From positions 109,678 through 173,677 of the forward strand of contig JAZRPG010000027.1 in the NCBI GenBank assembly GCA_045649105.1: a stretch of 64,000 nt of DNA, read 5' to 3'. The position numbers and the translations under genes are program-made. The notes below the pieces were generated by a model. That model was given only the letters and a program-made list of their open reading frames with translations. It did not search any database and was not told where the DNA came from. Within the stretch, counting starts at the first letter, position 1; the number at the start of each line of letters is the position of its first letter. Origin of the DNA: Eubacteriales bacterium. Lineage in GTDB: Bacteria; Bacillota; Clostridia; Oscillospirales; JAAYXM01. This document shows, one piece after another, positions 21,898-30,969 of this stretch.

Positions 21898-22725
21898 ATG
21901 GATACAAAAGCAAGAATTTTTGAAATTAAAAGGTTTGCCGTGCATGACGGTGACGGAATAAGAACAACCGTATTTTTTAAAGGCTGCCCTCTGAGATGCA
22001 TTTGGTGTCATAATCCCGAAGGAATATCCTTCGAACCGCAAATTGCTTTTTATGAGCATAAATGCATCGGATGCGGTTCTTGCAGAAAAGATGGTTTCAC
22101 GGTTTGTGATTGTTTGGGTGAAGCCCGTGTTCAATACGGCAGAGATATAGACCTTAACGAGTTGCTCCCGCTTTTGCTTGAGGATAAAGAATTTTATGAA
22201 GCCTCAGGCGGCGGCATAACTCTTTCAGGCGGTGAATGCCTGCTTCAGGCATCCTTTTGCGCAAATCTTCTGAAGGCATTAAAGGAAAACGGAATACATA
22301 CTGCTGTCGATACCTGCGGATTTGTTCCCAGAGAGCAGCTCGACAAAGTTATCCCATATACCGATATATTTCTCTATGATATAAAAGCCTATGATGAGGA
22401 TGTGCATATAAGATGCACGAAAAAATCAAACAAGCAGATTCTTGAAAACCTTCTCTATCTTGATTCGCTCGGAAAACACATTGAAATCCGCATTCCTTAT
22501 GTTCCCGATTTCAACGATAATCAGATAGAAAAAATTGCGCATTTTCTCGCGCCTTTGAAAAACATTTCCAAAATCCGCATTCTCCCGTATCATAATTACG
22601 CAGGTTCAAAGTATAAAGCGCTGAATCTACCCTGCGAATTACCTCCACGCCTTCCGACAGCAGAGGAAATTGAAAAAGCAAAGCGGATAATGACGGATAT
22701 TACGAATTTTATTGTACTTTCCTGA
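21898..22725 (+). CDS. Glycyl-radical enzyme activating protein (radical SAM)
   Basis: GDGIRTTVFFKGCPLRCIWCHNPE carries the CX3CX2C motif, followed by GGGITLSGGE. A short Cys insert (CIGCGSC...CDC) is present. I prefer ATG 21898 (GAAGGA upstream). The track start 21805 overlaps the preceding gene. Confidence 0.85.
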   Translation: MDTKARIFEIKRFAVHDGDGIRTTVFFKGCPLRCIWCHNPEGISFEPQIAFYEHKCIGCGSCRKDGFTVCDCLGEARVQYGRDIDLNELLPLLLEDKEFYEASGGGITLSGGECLLQASFCANLLKALKENGIHTAVDTCGFVPREQLDKVIPYTDIFLYDIKAYDEDVHIRCTKKSNKQILENLLYLDSLGKHIEIRIPYVPDFNDNQIEKIAHFLAPLKNISKIRILPYHNYAGSKYKALNLPCELPPRLPTAEEIEKAKRIMTDITNFIVLS

Positions 22726-22766
22726 ACACATCTATTTTTAAAACAGTATAAAAGGAGGAAACTTTT

Positions 22767-24089
22767 ATGAAGATTAAAGCAATAAAAACCGTAAAAGGAC
22801 AAAAACCCATGCAGGAGTCCGCAGATTTTTCAATCAGCTCTGATAAAAATCGCGAACATGCTCTGATTAATATTTTTCCTGATGTTGAATACCAGGAAAT
22901 AAAGGGCTTCGGCGGAGCATTTTCAGAAGCCGCATCAACAACTCTTGATAAGCTAAGTCCCAAAAACAGAGAAAAAATAATGAAGTTATATTTCGATACA
23001 GCAGACGGTATCGGATATAATTTCGGCAGGGTTCACATAAACAGCTGCGACTTTTCTCTTGGTAATTACGCTTTTGTTGAGGATGGCGACGAGACACTTG
23101 AAACCTTTGACATAAGCCATGATGAAAAGTCCATTATCCCGATGATTCGTGATGCAATGAAGTATAATGATATCTTTCTTTTCGCCTCACCCTGGAGCCC
23201 GCCTGCATATATGAAAACGAACGGACAGATGAATCGCGGCGGTAAGCTCATGGAGAAATATTTTGAGCTTTGGTCTTCCTATTATGCAAAATTCATTGAG
23301 GAATATAAAAAGCGCGGTATTGATATCGGCATGATAACGGTGCAGAACGAGCCTGCAGCAACACAGACCTGGGATTCCTGCGTTTACACCGCCGAAGAGG
23401 AACGTGATTTTGTAAAGAACTATCTCGGCAAAAAGATGCAGGATATCGGGGTTAAGATATTATTCTGGGATCATAACAAAGAGAGAATGGTTGAAAGAGC
23501 AAAGGTTATGCTCAGCGATGCCGATGCCGCAAAATACATCCATGGTATCGCATTGCATTGGTATAGCGGCGACCATTTTGAGCAGCTCGAAATCTTTAAC
23601 AAGCTCTTCCCCGAAAAAGATATTGTCTTCTCAGAGGGATGCGTTATCCGCAACCGCTCACTCACTGATCCCACGGGAATTGCAGAAAAATATGCCCATG
23701 ACATGATAGGAAATTTCAATAATTACTGCAATGCTTACTGTGATTGGAACTTAATTCTCGACGAAGAAGGCGGACCAAACCATGTCAAAAACTTCTGCTA
23801 TTCGCCGATTATTGCAGACACAAAGAACGATGAGGTTATTGTAAGCGATTCCTATTATTATATCGGCCATTTCAGCAAGTTCATCAAAAAGGGCGCCAAA
23901 AGAATAGGGAGCAGCAAATGGACCTCTGATGTTGACACGGTTTCCTTCAAAAACCCCGACGGGAGCATTGTTTCAATAGTGCTCAACAGAACCGATTCAG
24001 ATCTTGAATTCTGCTTCCGTATCGACGGTGAAATGGTTGAAGGGAAAGCTGATGCTCATTCAATAGCAACATATATCTTCACGAAATAA
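22767..24089 (+). CDS. Glycoside hydrolase family 30 (glucosylceramidase-like), no signal peptide
   Basis: 440 aa with EIKGFGGAFSEA, ASPWSPPAYMK and ITVQNEP motifs typical of GH30. RBS AAGGAGG upstream. Confidence 0.8.
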   Translation: MKIKAIKTVKGQKPMQESADFSISSDKNREHALINIFPDVEYQEIKGFGGAFSEAASTTLDKLSPKNREKIMKLYFDTADGIGYNFGRVHINSCDFSLGNYAFVEDGDETLETFDISHDEKSIIPMIRDAMKYNDIFLFASPWSPPAYMKTNGQMNRGGKLMEKYFELWSSYYAKFIEEYKKRGIDIGMITVQNEPAATQTWDSCVYTAEEERDFVKNYLGKKMQDIGVKILFWDHNKERMVERAKVMLSDADAAKYIHGIALHWYSGDHFEQLEIFNKLFPEKDIVFSEGCVIRNRSLTDPTGIAEKYAHDMIGNFNNYCNAYCDWNLILDEEGGPNHVKNFCYSPIIADTKNDEVIVSDSYYYIGHFSKFIKKGAKRIGSSKWTSDVDTVSFKNPDGSIVSIVLNRTDSDLEFCFRIDGEMVEGKADAHSIATYIFTK

Positions 24090-24124
24090 AAAATATTTAT
24101 CAAACTTTTCAAAACACAAAAAGC

Positions 24125-24176
24125 AAAAAAAGCGGGAATCGAATTTAGTTTTAAGAATCCGACTCCCGCTTTTTTA
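24125..24176 (+). terminator. Rho-independent terminator after GH30
   Basis: AAAAAAGCGGGAATCG ... CGACTCCCGCTTTTTT hairpin with a T-run. Confidence 0.65.
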
Positions 24177-24279
24177 TTTACCCAAGATGCATGAGCGTAA
24201 AATATTTTCTTTTTTTATTGATAAATTATGGTAAAAAAGGTATAATATATACAATCGGAGCATAAAGGGGTGGATTTTC

Positions 24280-24768
24280 TTGTATAGTATAGGCGATAAA
24301 ATCGTGCACCCGAAGCACGGCGCCGGCGTTATTGACAGCATAGTTACACAAAACTTAAGCGGCAAATCACGCGAGTACTATATTCTTAAACTCCCGACAA
24401 ATAACATGACTATTATGCTCCCGGTGGAATCATGCGATAGCATCGGCGTCCGCGAAATTATTGACAGCGAGCGCGCAGATGAAGTCATCACTCTTCTTTC
24501 CACACTTGAAACAGACACTACACAGAACTGGAACAAGCGTTTTCGCGAAAACGCGCAACGCATTATGAGCGGTGATCTTGACGAAATTGCCCGCGTTATA
24601 AAAGCGCTCATTCTCCGTGATCATAAAAGCGGGCTTTCAACCAGCGAGCGCAAAATGCTCCACTCCGCAAAACAAATCCTCATATCCGAGCTTGTTTTTG
24701 CCAAAGAATCGACATATCAAGAAATTGAAGCCGAGATAGAGCGCGCCATTTCCGGCGTTCTTATATAA
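24280..24768 (+). CDS. carD: CarD/CdnL family RNA polymerase-binding regulator
   Basis: 162 aa. YSIGDKIVHPKHGAGVIDSIV is the TRCF-RID-like N-terminus. TTG start. Confidence 0.85.
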   Translation: MYSIGDKIVHPKHGAGVIDSIVTQNLSGKSREYYILKLPTNNMTIMLPVESCDSIGVREIIDSERADEVITLLSTLETDTTQNWNKRFRENAQRIMSGDLDEIARVIKALILRDHKSGLSTSERKMLHSAKQILISELVFAKESTYQEIEAEIERAISGVLI

Positions 24769-24859
24769 AACTGACTGTAATATAATTTCTAATACGAGCT
24801 GTTCTCCCTTCCGTTTTTCGGATATCGGCGGACAGCTTTTATGAAACAGGTTAACGGCG

Positions 24860-25609
24860 GTGTTTTTTATGTTATCGTTTTTAAAAAAGAACAAACCTTC
24901 AGAAAACTTAAAGTCGTGCGTTGCCATTGTTCCCGCTGCCGGTTCATCAAGCCGCATGCAGGGCCGCGGCGATAAGCTTTTTGCCGAAATAAACGGCATT
25001 CCCGTTATTGCACGCACCCTTCTTTTGCTTCAGAGCTCACCCTATATCAATGAAATTATCATTCCTACAAAAGATGATTTTATTGTTTCTGTTTATGATA
25101 TTTGCAAGGAATTTTCCATATCAAAGGTTTCTTCGGTAATACGCGGAGGTGCAACGCGCACCGAGTCAGTTCTCAACGGAATTTCTCATGCAGGAAATAA
25201 ATTCGACCTCATTGCCGTTCATGACGCGGCAAGACCGTTTGTAAGCCTTGAGCTTATAGAAAAAGTCATATTATCCGCCGCAAAGTATAATGCTGCAGCG
25301 CCTGCCGTTCCTGTAAAAGACACCATCAAGCGCGCAGAGGGCGGCATAGTAAAAGAAACTGTGCCCAGAGATACACTCTTTGCCGTGCAGACTCCGCAGG
25401 TGTTTGACACCGCTCTTATTACAGCTGCACTGCACAAGTCGATTGACGAAGGGGCATCAATTACTGATGATTGCTCCGCCGTCGAAGCGCTTGGTATGCG
25501 CGTTGTACTTACAGACGGCGACTATTTTAACATAAAAATCACTACTCCCGAAGACTTGGTCCTTGCCGAAGCCATTGCTTCCCAAAAGGACAGAAATGAG
25601 GTATTTTAA
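24860..25609 (+). CDS. ispD: 2-C-methyl-D-erythritol 4-phosphate cytidylyltransferase
   Basis: Contains [13 protein letters not shown] and VHDAARPF motifs. The start is uncertain (GTG 24860 or ATG 24869). Confidence 0.9.
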   Translation: MFFMLSFLKKNKPSENLKSCVAIVPAAGSSSRMQGRGDKLFAEINGIPVIARTLLLLQSSPYINEIIIPTKDDFIVSVYDICKEFSISKVSSVIRGGATRTESVLNGISHAGNKFDLIAVHDAARPFVSLELIEKVILSAAKYNAAAPAVPVKDTIKRAEGGIVKETVPRDTLFAVQTPQVFDTALITAALHKSIDEGASITDDCSAVEALGMRVVLTDGDYFNIKITTPEDLVLAEAIASQKDRNEVF

Positions 25610-26076
25610 TGCGTATCGGTCACGGTTATGATGTCCACAGACTTACAGAAGGCCGCAAACTGATTCTCGGCGGCGTTGATATCCCTTATGAAAAGGGGCT
25701 TTTGGGTCACAGTGACGCAGATGTTTTGCTTCATGCTATTGCAGACGCACTGCTTGGTGCTGCCGCACTCGGCGATATCGGGCAACACTTCCCCCCCAAC
25801 GACCCGCAATATCTCAATGCAGACAGCAAAGTTCTGCTGAAAAAGGCATATGCACTTCTGCAGGAGAAAGGATACCATGTACAAAATGTAGATGCAACAA
25901 TTATTGCAGAAAAGCCAAAGCTCTTGCATTTTATAGATAATATGCGAAGAAACATTGCCGATACTCTCGGAATAGATATCAGTTTTGTCAGCGTAAAGGC
26001 GACAACCGAGGAGGGGCTCGGCTTTTCCGGAAGCGGCGACGGAATCGCCGCACACGCAGTTGTTCTTATTGATTAA
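25609..26076 (+). CDS. ispF: 2-C-methyl-D-erythritol 2,4-cyclodiphosphate synthase
   Basis: [12 protein letters not shown] and [12 protein letters not shown] motifs. Shares a 1-nt overlap with ispD. Confidence 0.95.
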   Translation: MRIGHGYDVHRLTEGRKLILGGVDIPYEKGLLGHSDADVLLHAIADALLGAAALGDIGQHFPPNDPQYLNADSKVLLKKAYALLQEKGYHVQNVDATIIAEKPKLLHFIDNMRRNIADTLGIDISFVSVKATTEEGLGFSGSGDGIAAHAVVLID

Positions 26077-26085
26077 ACACAACAT

Positions 26086-26113
26086 AAAACATCGCTTCGG
26101 CGGTGTTTTTTTG
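26086..26113 (+). terminator. Rho-independent terminator of ispDF
   Basis: ACATCGC-TTCG-GCGGTGT (UUCG tetraloop) followed by TTTTTTT. Confidence 0.75.
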
Positions 26114-26119
26114 TAAAGA

Positions 26120-26165
26120 AAAAAGTTGCAAGTCCGAGTTATTGATAGGACTTGCAACTTTTTTA
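26120..26165. terminator. Second, symmetric hairpin (A-run / 16-bp stem / T-run)
   Basis: AAAAAGTTGCAAGTCC, a 12-nt loop, then GGACTTGCAACTTTTT. Sits directly upstream of sigK. Confidence 0.5.
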
Positions 26166-26180
26166 ATTTGACTGCGTAAT

Positions 26181-26900
26181 ATGATAGATATAAAAGGGAC
26201 GGTGATATGTATTTTAATCTTTTCAACACTTGCAACCTTGCTATCCGGCTGCCTGTATTTTATACTCAGCCTCACATCAGGCTCATTTCCGAAACCGTTA
26301 TCCGAAAAGGAGGAGACGGAATATCTTGAGAAATTCGCCGCCGGCAGTATTGAGGCGCGGAATATTTTAATCGAGCGAAACTTAAGACTTGTCGCACATA
26401 TTATAAAAAAGTATTACACATCGGCACAGGAACAGGATGATATGATTTCCATAGGCTCTATCGGCCTGATTAAAGCAATAAACACCTTTAAGCCCTGTAA
26501 AGGAACTCGGCTTGCCACATATGCGGCCCGTTGCATTGAAAACGAAATACTGATGTATTTCCGGGCATCAAAAAAGACTTCTGCCGAGGTGTCGCTTTCA
26601 GACTCCATCGATACCGATACTGACGGAAACTCCCTCGCGCTCATGGATGTTATAAGCACAAACGACATACGACTCGACCGCGTCGATAATATGGACACCG
26701 AGCTTGCTCTTCATAAATTAATACACAAATGCCTTGACCCGCGTGAACGCGAAATTATAATAATGCGTTATGGTTTATACGATGTTACACCGAAAACGCA
26801 GCATGAAATTGCCGAAAAGTGCAAAATTTCCCGCTCATATGTAAGTCGCATTGAAAAAAAGGCACTCCAAAAGCTTAAAGCGAGTTTTGAAAACAAATGA
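26181..26900 (+). CDS. sigK: Sporulation sigma factor SigK (pro-sigma form, uninterrupted)
   Basis: A hydrophobic pro-sequence is followed by SFPKPLSEKEETEYL, NLRLVAHIIKKY, LATYAARCIENEILM and ISRSYVSRIEKKAL. These match the SigK pattern better than the SigE pattern. Confidence 0.8.
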   Translation: MIDIKGTVICILIFSTLATLLSGCLYFILSLTSGSFPKPLSEKEETEYLEKFAAGSIEARNILIERNLRLVAHIIKKYYTSAQEQDDMISIGSIGLIKAINTFKPCKGTRLATYAARCIENEILMYFRASKKTSAEVSLSDSIDTDTDGNSLALMDVISTNDIRLDRVDNMDTELALHKLIHKCLDPREREIIIMRYGLYDVTPKTQHEIAEKCKISRSYVSRIEKKALQKLKASFENK

Positions 26901-26903
26901 AAA

Positions 26904-27509
26904 CTATGTCATTGAAAACTCACAACCGCAATAAATCTGGCGGTATAAATCATACATTTTTGAGAGCTCAATTGAGCGCTTATACCCCTCGCGTTTTTTA
27001 AAATCCGAAATAAGAAATCTGACGCTGTACTTTTTCTCAAGTTCACACCCGATGCTGTTTAAAAGTTCCGCATTCTTATGCGGACTGACAGAGAGCGTGG
27101 TTGTAAAATAATCAAAGCCGCTTTCTTTTGCAAGCTCTGCCGTTTTTTCAAGGCGCAGTCGGAAACATTCTGTACAGCGCTTTCCTCCCTCCTGCTCTGC
27201 CTCATAGCCACGGGAGCGTGTTAAAAACTCCTCATGCGAATATTCGCACTCCATAATATTAACTTTGCCCGAAAACGGCATTTTCGATATTATTTCCCTT
27301 TGCGTTTCCAGCCTTTTAAAATATTCCTCATCAGGATAAATATTAGGGTTAAAAAACAGCACAGTTATATCGAAATACCGAGATAAGTATTCAAGCACAT
27401 AGCTGCTGCACGGTCCGCAACAGCTATGAAGCAGGAGCCTCGGCCGTATATCGCGCGTTTTTATATCCTCAAGCTCTTTATCACAGAGTAACTGAAAATT
27501 GTTCTTCAT
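26904..27509 (-). CDS. queH: Epoxyqueuosine reductase QueH (DUF208)
   Basis: 201 aa with LLLHSCCGPCSSYVLE and a C-terminal YCGCEFS motif. Confidence 0.85.
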   Translation of the reverse strand: MKNNFQLLCDKELEDIKTRDIRPRLLLHSCCGPCSSYVLEYLSRYFDITVLFFNPNIYPDEEYFKRLETQREIISKMPFSGKVNIMECEYSHEEFLTRSRGYEAEQEGGKRCTECFRLRLEKTAELAKESGFDYFTTTLSVSPHKNAELLNSIGCELEKKYSVRFLISDFKKREGYKRSIELSKMYDLYRQIYCGCEFSMT

Positions 27510-27518
27510 AATCTTTAC

Positions 27519-28268
27519 CTATTCCGTTATTTCATATTCAGTTCCGCTCTCTGAAAAAACGACAACGGCATTTCCGCTCGCGTTAATATAAAAGCTCATT
27601 TTCTCAGCAAAGGAGACATCAGTTTCCGCTACGGGCACATTTCTTGCAGATGCATTTGCTCCTTTTTTATTCATGCTTCTATCTACTTTTTCAGCATAGT
27701 CTTTCCCGAGAAAGTCTTCAAGTGTTATATCGGACGCGTCAGAGGTTCTTATATTATAATAAAACATGTCTCTGCCAGATGAATCCCACGACTTATCTAT
27801 TGACACTATAAACGAGACAATATCATCACTTTCATAGCATATGCAATAATCTGCAATAACACTTATATTTTCCGAATTTAACTCGTCTGCCTCATCATAA
27901 CCTTGCCTTGCATTCGCAACTTGTTCTGACAGAGCCTCGTTTATTCTGACATTTACAACGGCGTTAGTATGCGCACTTCGCATTGTCTTTGGCATCACCG
28001 CATCCGGCATGCTTCGGCCATATTTTACATCTGTGTTATTATTGTCGGATAAATTATATAAGGGATTAAAAGTATTAAGCACACCCAAAAGCGCAAACAC
28101 AGCACATGCCGCAACAGAGATTTTACCGATTACAGAGAATCGGCCTGACTTTTTCTTTTTGCGTGTCTCTTCTGTACCTGCTTCTATGGCTTCTCTTACA
28201 ACCTTTTCAAGCTCATCCGGAATCTCTGTGGTATTATATATTTTTTTCGCGTCTGAAAAAGCGTTCAT
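27519..28268 (-). CDS. Putative single-pass anti-sigma factor
   Basis: 249 aa with a short cytoplasmic N-terminus, a lysine-rich stop-transfer segment, a TM helix and an extracytoplasmic domain. Has a 4-nt overlap with the upstream ECF sigma gene. Confidence 0.45.
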   Translation of the reverse strand: MNAFSDAKKIYNTTEIPDELEKVVREAIEAGTEETRKKKKSGRFSVIGKISVAACAVFALLGVLNTFNPLYNLSDNNNTDVKYGRSMPDAVMPKTMRSAHTNAVVNVRINEALSEQVANARQGYDEADELNSENISVIADYCICYESDDIVSFIVSIDKSWDSSGRDMFYYNIRTSDASDITLEDFLGKDYAEKVDRSMNKKGANASARNVPVAETDVSFAEKMSFYINASGNAVVVFSESGTEYEITE

Positions 28269-28765
28269 TCCGCCACCTCCATAACAAACCTTTTAAGCTT
28301 TTTAAGCGCGGTATACAGCCGCGTTTTCACCGTGTTCAGATTTGTGTTTGTCACCTTTGAAATTTCCTCAAGCGACATATCCTCATAAAATCTCAGAATA
28401 ATTACGGTTTTTAGTGTTTCCGGGAGCATATCAATCTTCTTATAAAGCTCCTCGCCCGGCTCAAATGCCTTTTCAATATACACCTGCTCCGGCATTTTTT
28501 CGTCACCGACCGAAATCTCCTTATGATTTTTCCTGATATGGGAACATGCCTCATTCACAAGAACGCGGTAAAACCACGAATTTATGCTGCTTTCATCGCG
28601 TATGGTGTCATGCTTTTCAAGCGCCTTTAATATTGCATTCTGAACGATGTCAAGTGCAGCCTCGCGTTCATGAGCATAGCTGTATGCAAGCCGGTAAAAC
28701 TTCTCCCGGTTTTTCAATATGTATTCCGTTATTTTATCATACACATTACCGTTCAACTGCCCCAC
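28265..28765 (-). CDS. ECF-type sigma-70 family RNA polymerase sigma factor
   Basis: 166 aa with region 2 (ALDIVQNAILKALEK ... SWFYRVLVNE) and region 4 (LEEISKVTNTNLNTVKTRLYTALKKL). Confidence 0.85.
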   Translation of the reverse strand: MGQLNGNVYDKITEYILKNREKFYRLAYSYAHEREAALDIVQNAILKALEKHDTIRDESSINSWFYRVLVNEACSHIRKNHKEISVGDEKMPEQVYIEKAFEPGEELYKKIDMLPETLKTVIILRFYEDMSLEEISKVTNTNLNTVKTRLYTALKKLKRFVMEVAE

Positions 28766-28969
28766 TCCTCTGCGCTGTAATAACGCGCCTTATAATTTAA
28801 GACATTTTACATTTCTAAAAAGTTTGGACAGAGAAAAACCCCTGTCCAAACTATAATATTGCCTGCCGGATTTCCGTTCTGAATTTAATTAAAACTTGTA
28901 AAAAAAAGTATCTTATAGTATTATAAATACTGACTAAATTTATAATAAATCAATCCGGAGGGTTTGTCA

Positions 28970-29386
28970 ATGAGAATTGTAGGAATAGACTATGGTGACA
29001 GGCGTATTGGCGTGTCTTTTTCGGATATAAGCGGAACTCTTGCCGGAGAGAGCTTCACTATAAATGTGACAAACCCGGAGCGCAGTATTAACGAGCTTTG
29101 TGACGCAATTATATCCCGCGGCGTCGACGAAATAGTACTTGGATACCCAAAGCACATGAATGCTGACATCGGCGACCGTGCAAAAAAAAGCGAGGAGATT
29201 GCCGAAATATTGCGCGCACGCACAAACCTTCCTGTAATTTTATGGGACGAGAGATGCACTACAATTGATGCACACCGCATTCTGTCCGCAACGGGAAATC
29301 ACGGCAAAAAGCGCCGTGCAATGGTCGATTCCGTTGCTGCGGCGCTTATATTGCAAAACTATCTCGACTATAAGTCAAACAAATAA
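28970..29386 (+). CDS. ruvX: Holliday junction resolvase-like nuclease RuvX/YqgF
   Basis: MRIVGIDYGDRRIGV N-terminus. GGAGGG lies 7 nt upstream of ATG 28970. The track start TTG 28964 is too close to that RBS. Confidence 0.85.
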   Translation: MRIVGIDYGDRRIGVSFSDISGTLAGESFTINVTNPERSINELCDAIISRGVDEIVLGYPKHMNADIGDRAKKSEEIAEILRARTNLPVILWDERCTTIDAHRILSATGNHGKKRRAMVDSVAAALILQNYLDYKSNK

Positions 29387-29389
29387 AGT

Positions 29390-29929
29390 CTATTTCTGCG
29401 TTTCCTGCTCTGCACTGTCGGATTCAGCGGCACTCTCTTTCTCCGTATTTTCGGAAAGTCCGTGCATAAACCCGCCGAGCTTAGGTGAGCATATATCTCC
29501 ACCTATGAGTTTGTTCCGATAAACAATTATATTCGCGACTACGCCCTCCTCTTTGCTCGGGTGATTTGTCACTTTGTATGTATATCTCATAGCACGCTTT
29601 CCGCAGTACTTCTGCAGGTCAAGCCCCTGTTTCTTCTGAATATCGTTATATTCGTTATATACCCCGTCAAATTCATCAGGTATTCTGACTTCAATAAATT
29701 CGAGCGGCTCTCTGTCGACAGTCCAGCCATATCCCTCAAGCATCGCAACTCTGTCATCATTTGTTTTCAGCTTCTTTTCTTCAATCCGGATAACCTGTTC
29801 ATACGGTTTCGTGCTGTCGTCCGCCTGCATATTACGCACGCCGACAATAGTCGCACATACTATTACGCCAAGTGCGAGAAAGCACGTAACAACCTTCCTT
29901 TTTGTGAGCTTAGCAGTAAAAACTACCAT
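29390..29929 (-). CDS. DUF4830-like membrane-anchored protein
   Basis: 179 aa with an N-terminal TM helix and an MLEGYGWTVDREPLEFIEVRIPDEF motif. The family name is recalled from memory. Confidence 0.5.
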   Translation of the reverse strand: MVVFTAKLTKRKVVTCFLALGVIVCATIVGVRNMQADDSTKPYEQVIRIEEKKLKTNDDRVAMLEGYGWTVDREPLEFIEVRIPDEFDGVYNEYNDIQKKQGLDLQKYCGKRAMRYTYKVTNHPSKEEGVVANIIVYRNKLIGGDICSPKLGGFMHGLSENTEKESAAESDSAEQETQK

Positions 29930-30084
29930 AATGCATATTCCCCTTCCGAAACTTGTATATAATATGTCTATTCCGTCTCAGATGTAATTATGACAAGACT
30001 GTAAATTGAAGCGGTTTTTATTGACGCATTGCGGTTTTTATGGTATTATTATATATTAATGCAGAATAAAGGAAATTTGATAAT

Positions 30085-30948
30085 ATGTGGATTACAAAAG
30101 GCTTTAACGACTACAGCTTAATAGACTGCGGAGATGGCGAAAAGCTTGAGCGCTGGGGCGATTATTTTCTTGTTCGTCCAGAGCCGCAGGCAATATGGTC
30201 CTCCGAGCGAAAAAACCCTCGTTGGGAGAAATACGACGCATTGTACTCCCGCTCAAAGAGTGGCGGCGGAAGCTGGAACAACAGGTCACTCCCACCGTCC
30301 TGGAAAATTTCCTACAAGTCGCTTACATTCAACATTAAACCAATGAATTTTAAGCACACCGGAATTTTCCCCGAACAGGCATCAAACTGGGATTTCATAG
30401 AAAAAACGATTGCTTCTGCGGGGCGTCCGATTAATGTACTCAACCTTTTTGCATATACCGGCGCCGCTACAATAGCTGCAGCAAAGGCAGGTGCATCTGT
30501 TTGCCATGTTGATGCTGCAAAGGGCATGGTCGCCTGGGCGCGTGAGAACGCAGCCTCCTCGGGACTTTCCGATGCACCTATTCGCTGGATTGTAGATGAC
30601 TGCTCAAAGTTTGTCGAGCGCGAGATACGCCGAGGCCGCAGGTATGATGCAATCATTATGGATCCCCCGTCATACGGACGCGGACCTACAGGCGAAATAT
30701 GGAAACTTGAGGAAAATCTTTTTGATTTTGTCAAGCTCTGCAGCGGTGTGCTGTCCGACGCCCCTCTGTTTGTGCTTATAAGCTCCTATACAACAGGACT
30801 TGCACCCTCTGTTTTGAAATATATATCAGACATGATTTTTGTGAAGCGCTTTGGCGGCAAAAGCGAATGCGACGAGCTCGGGCTTCCGGTCCTCGAAAGC
30901 GGACTTTGCCTGCCTGCCGGAAGCGCATTAAGATGGACATGCATTTGA
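30085..30948 (+). CDS. Class I SAM-dependent (RlmI/RlmK-like) methyltransferase
   Basis: VLNLFAYTGAATIAAA (motif I) and IIMDPPSYG (DPPxY motif IV). Confidence 0.8.
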   Translation: MWITKGFNDYSLIDCGDGEKLERWGDYFLVRPEPQAIWSSERKNPRWEKYDALYSRSKSGGGSWNNRSLPPSWKISYKSLTFNIKPMNFKHTGIFPEQASNWDFIEKTIASAGRPINVLNLFAYTGAATIAAAKAGASVCHVDAAKGMVAWARENAASSGLSDAPIRWIVDDCSKFVEREIRRGRRYDAIIMDPPSYGRGPTGEIWKLEENLFDFVKLCSGVLSDAPLFVLISSYTTGLAPSVLKYISDMIFVKRFGGKSECDELGLPVLESGLCLPAGSALRWTCI

Positions 30949-30969
30949 CAATAAAAGGACTTTTTTAAG

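Noticed and set aside
26181-26900. Possible skin-like intervening element splitting sigK
   Set aside because: The ORF is continuous from the pro-sequence through region 4.2 (239 aa), and no recombinase gene is nearby.
29930-30084. Duplicated GCGGTTTTTA motif upstream of the methyltransferase gene considered as a regulatory repeat
   Set aside because: There are only two 10-nt copies in an AT-rich promoter region. One overlaps a plausible TTGACG -35 element. This is insufficient to call an operator.
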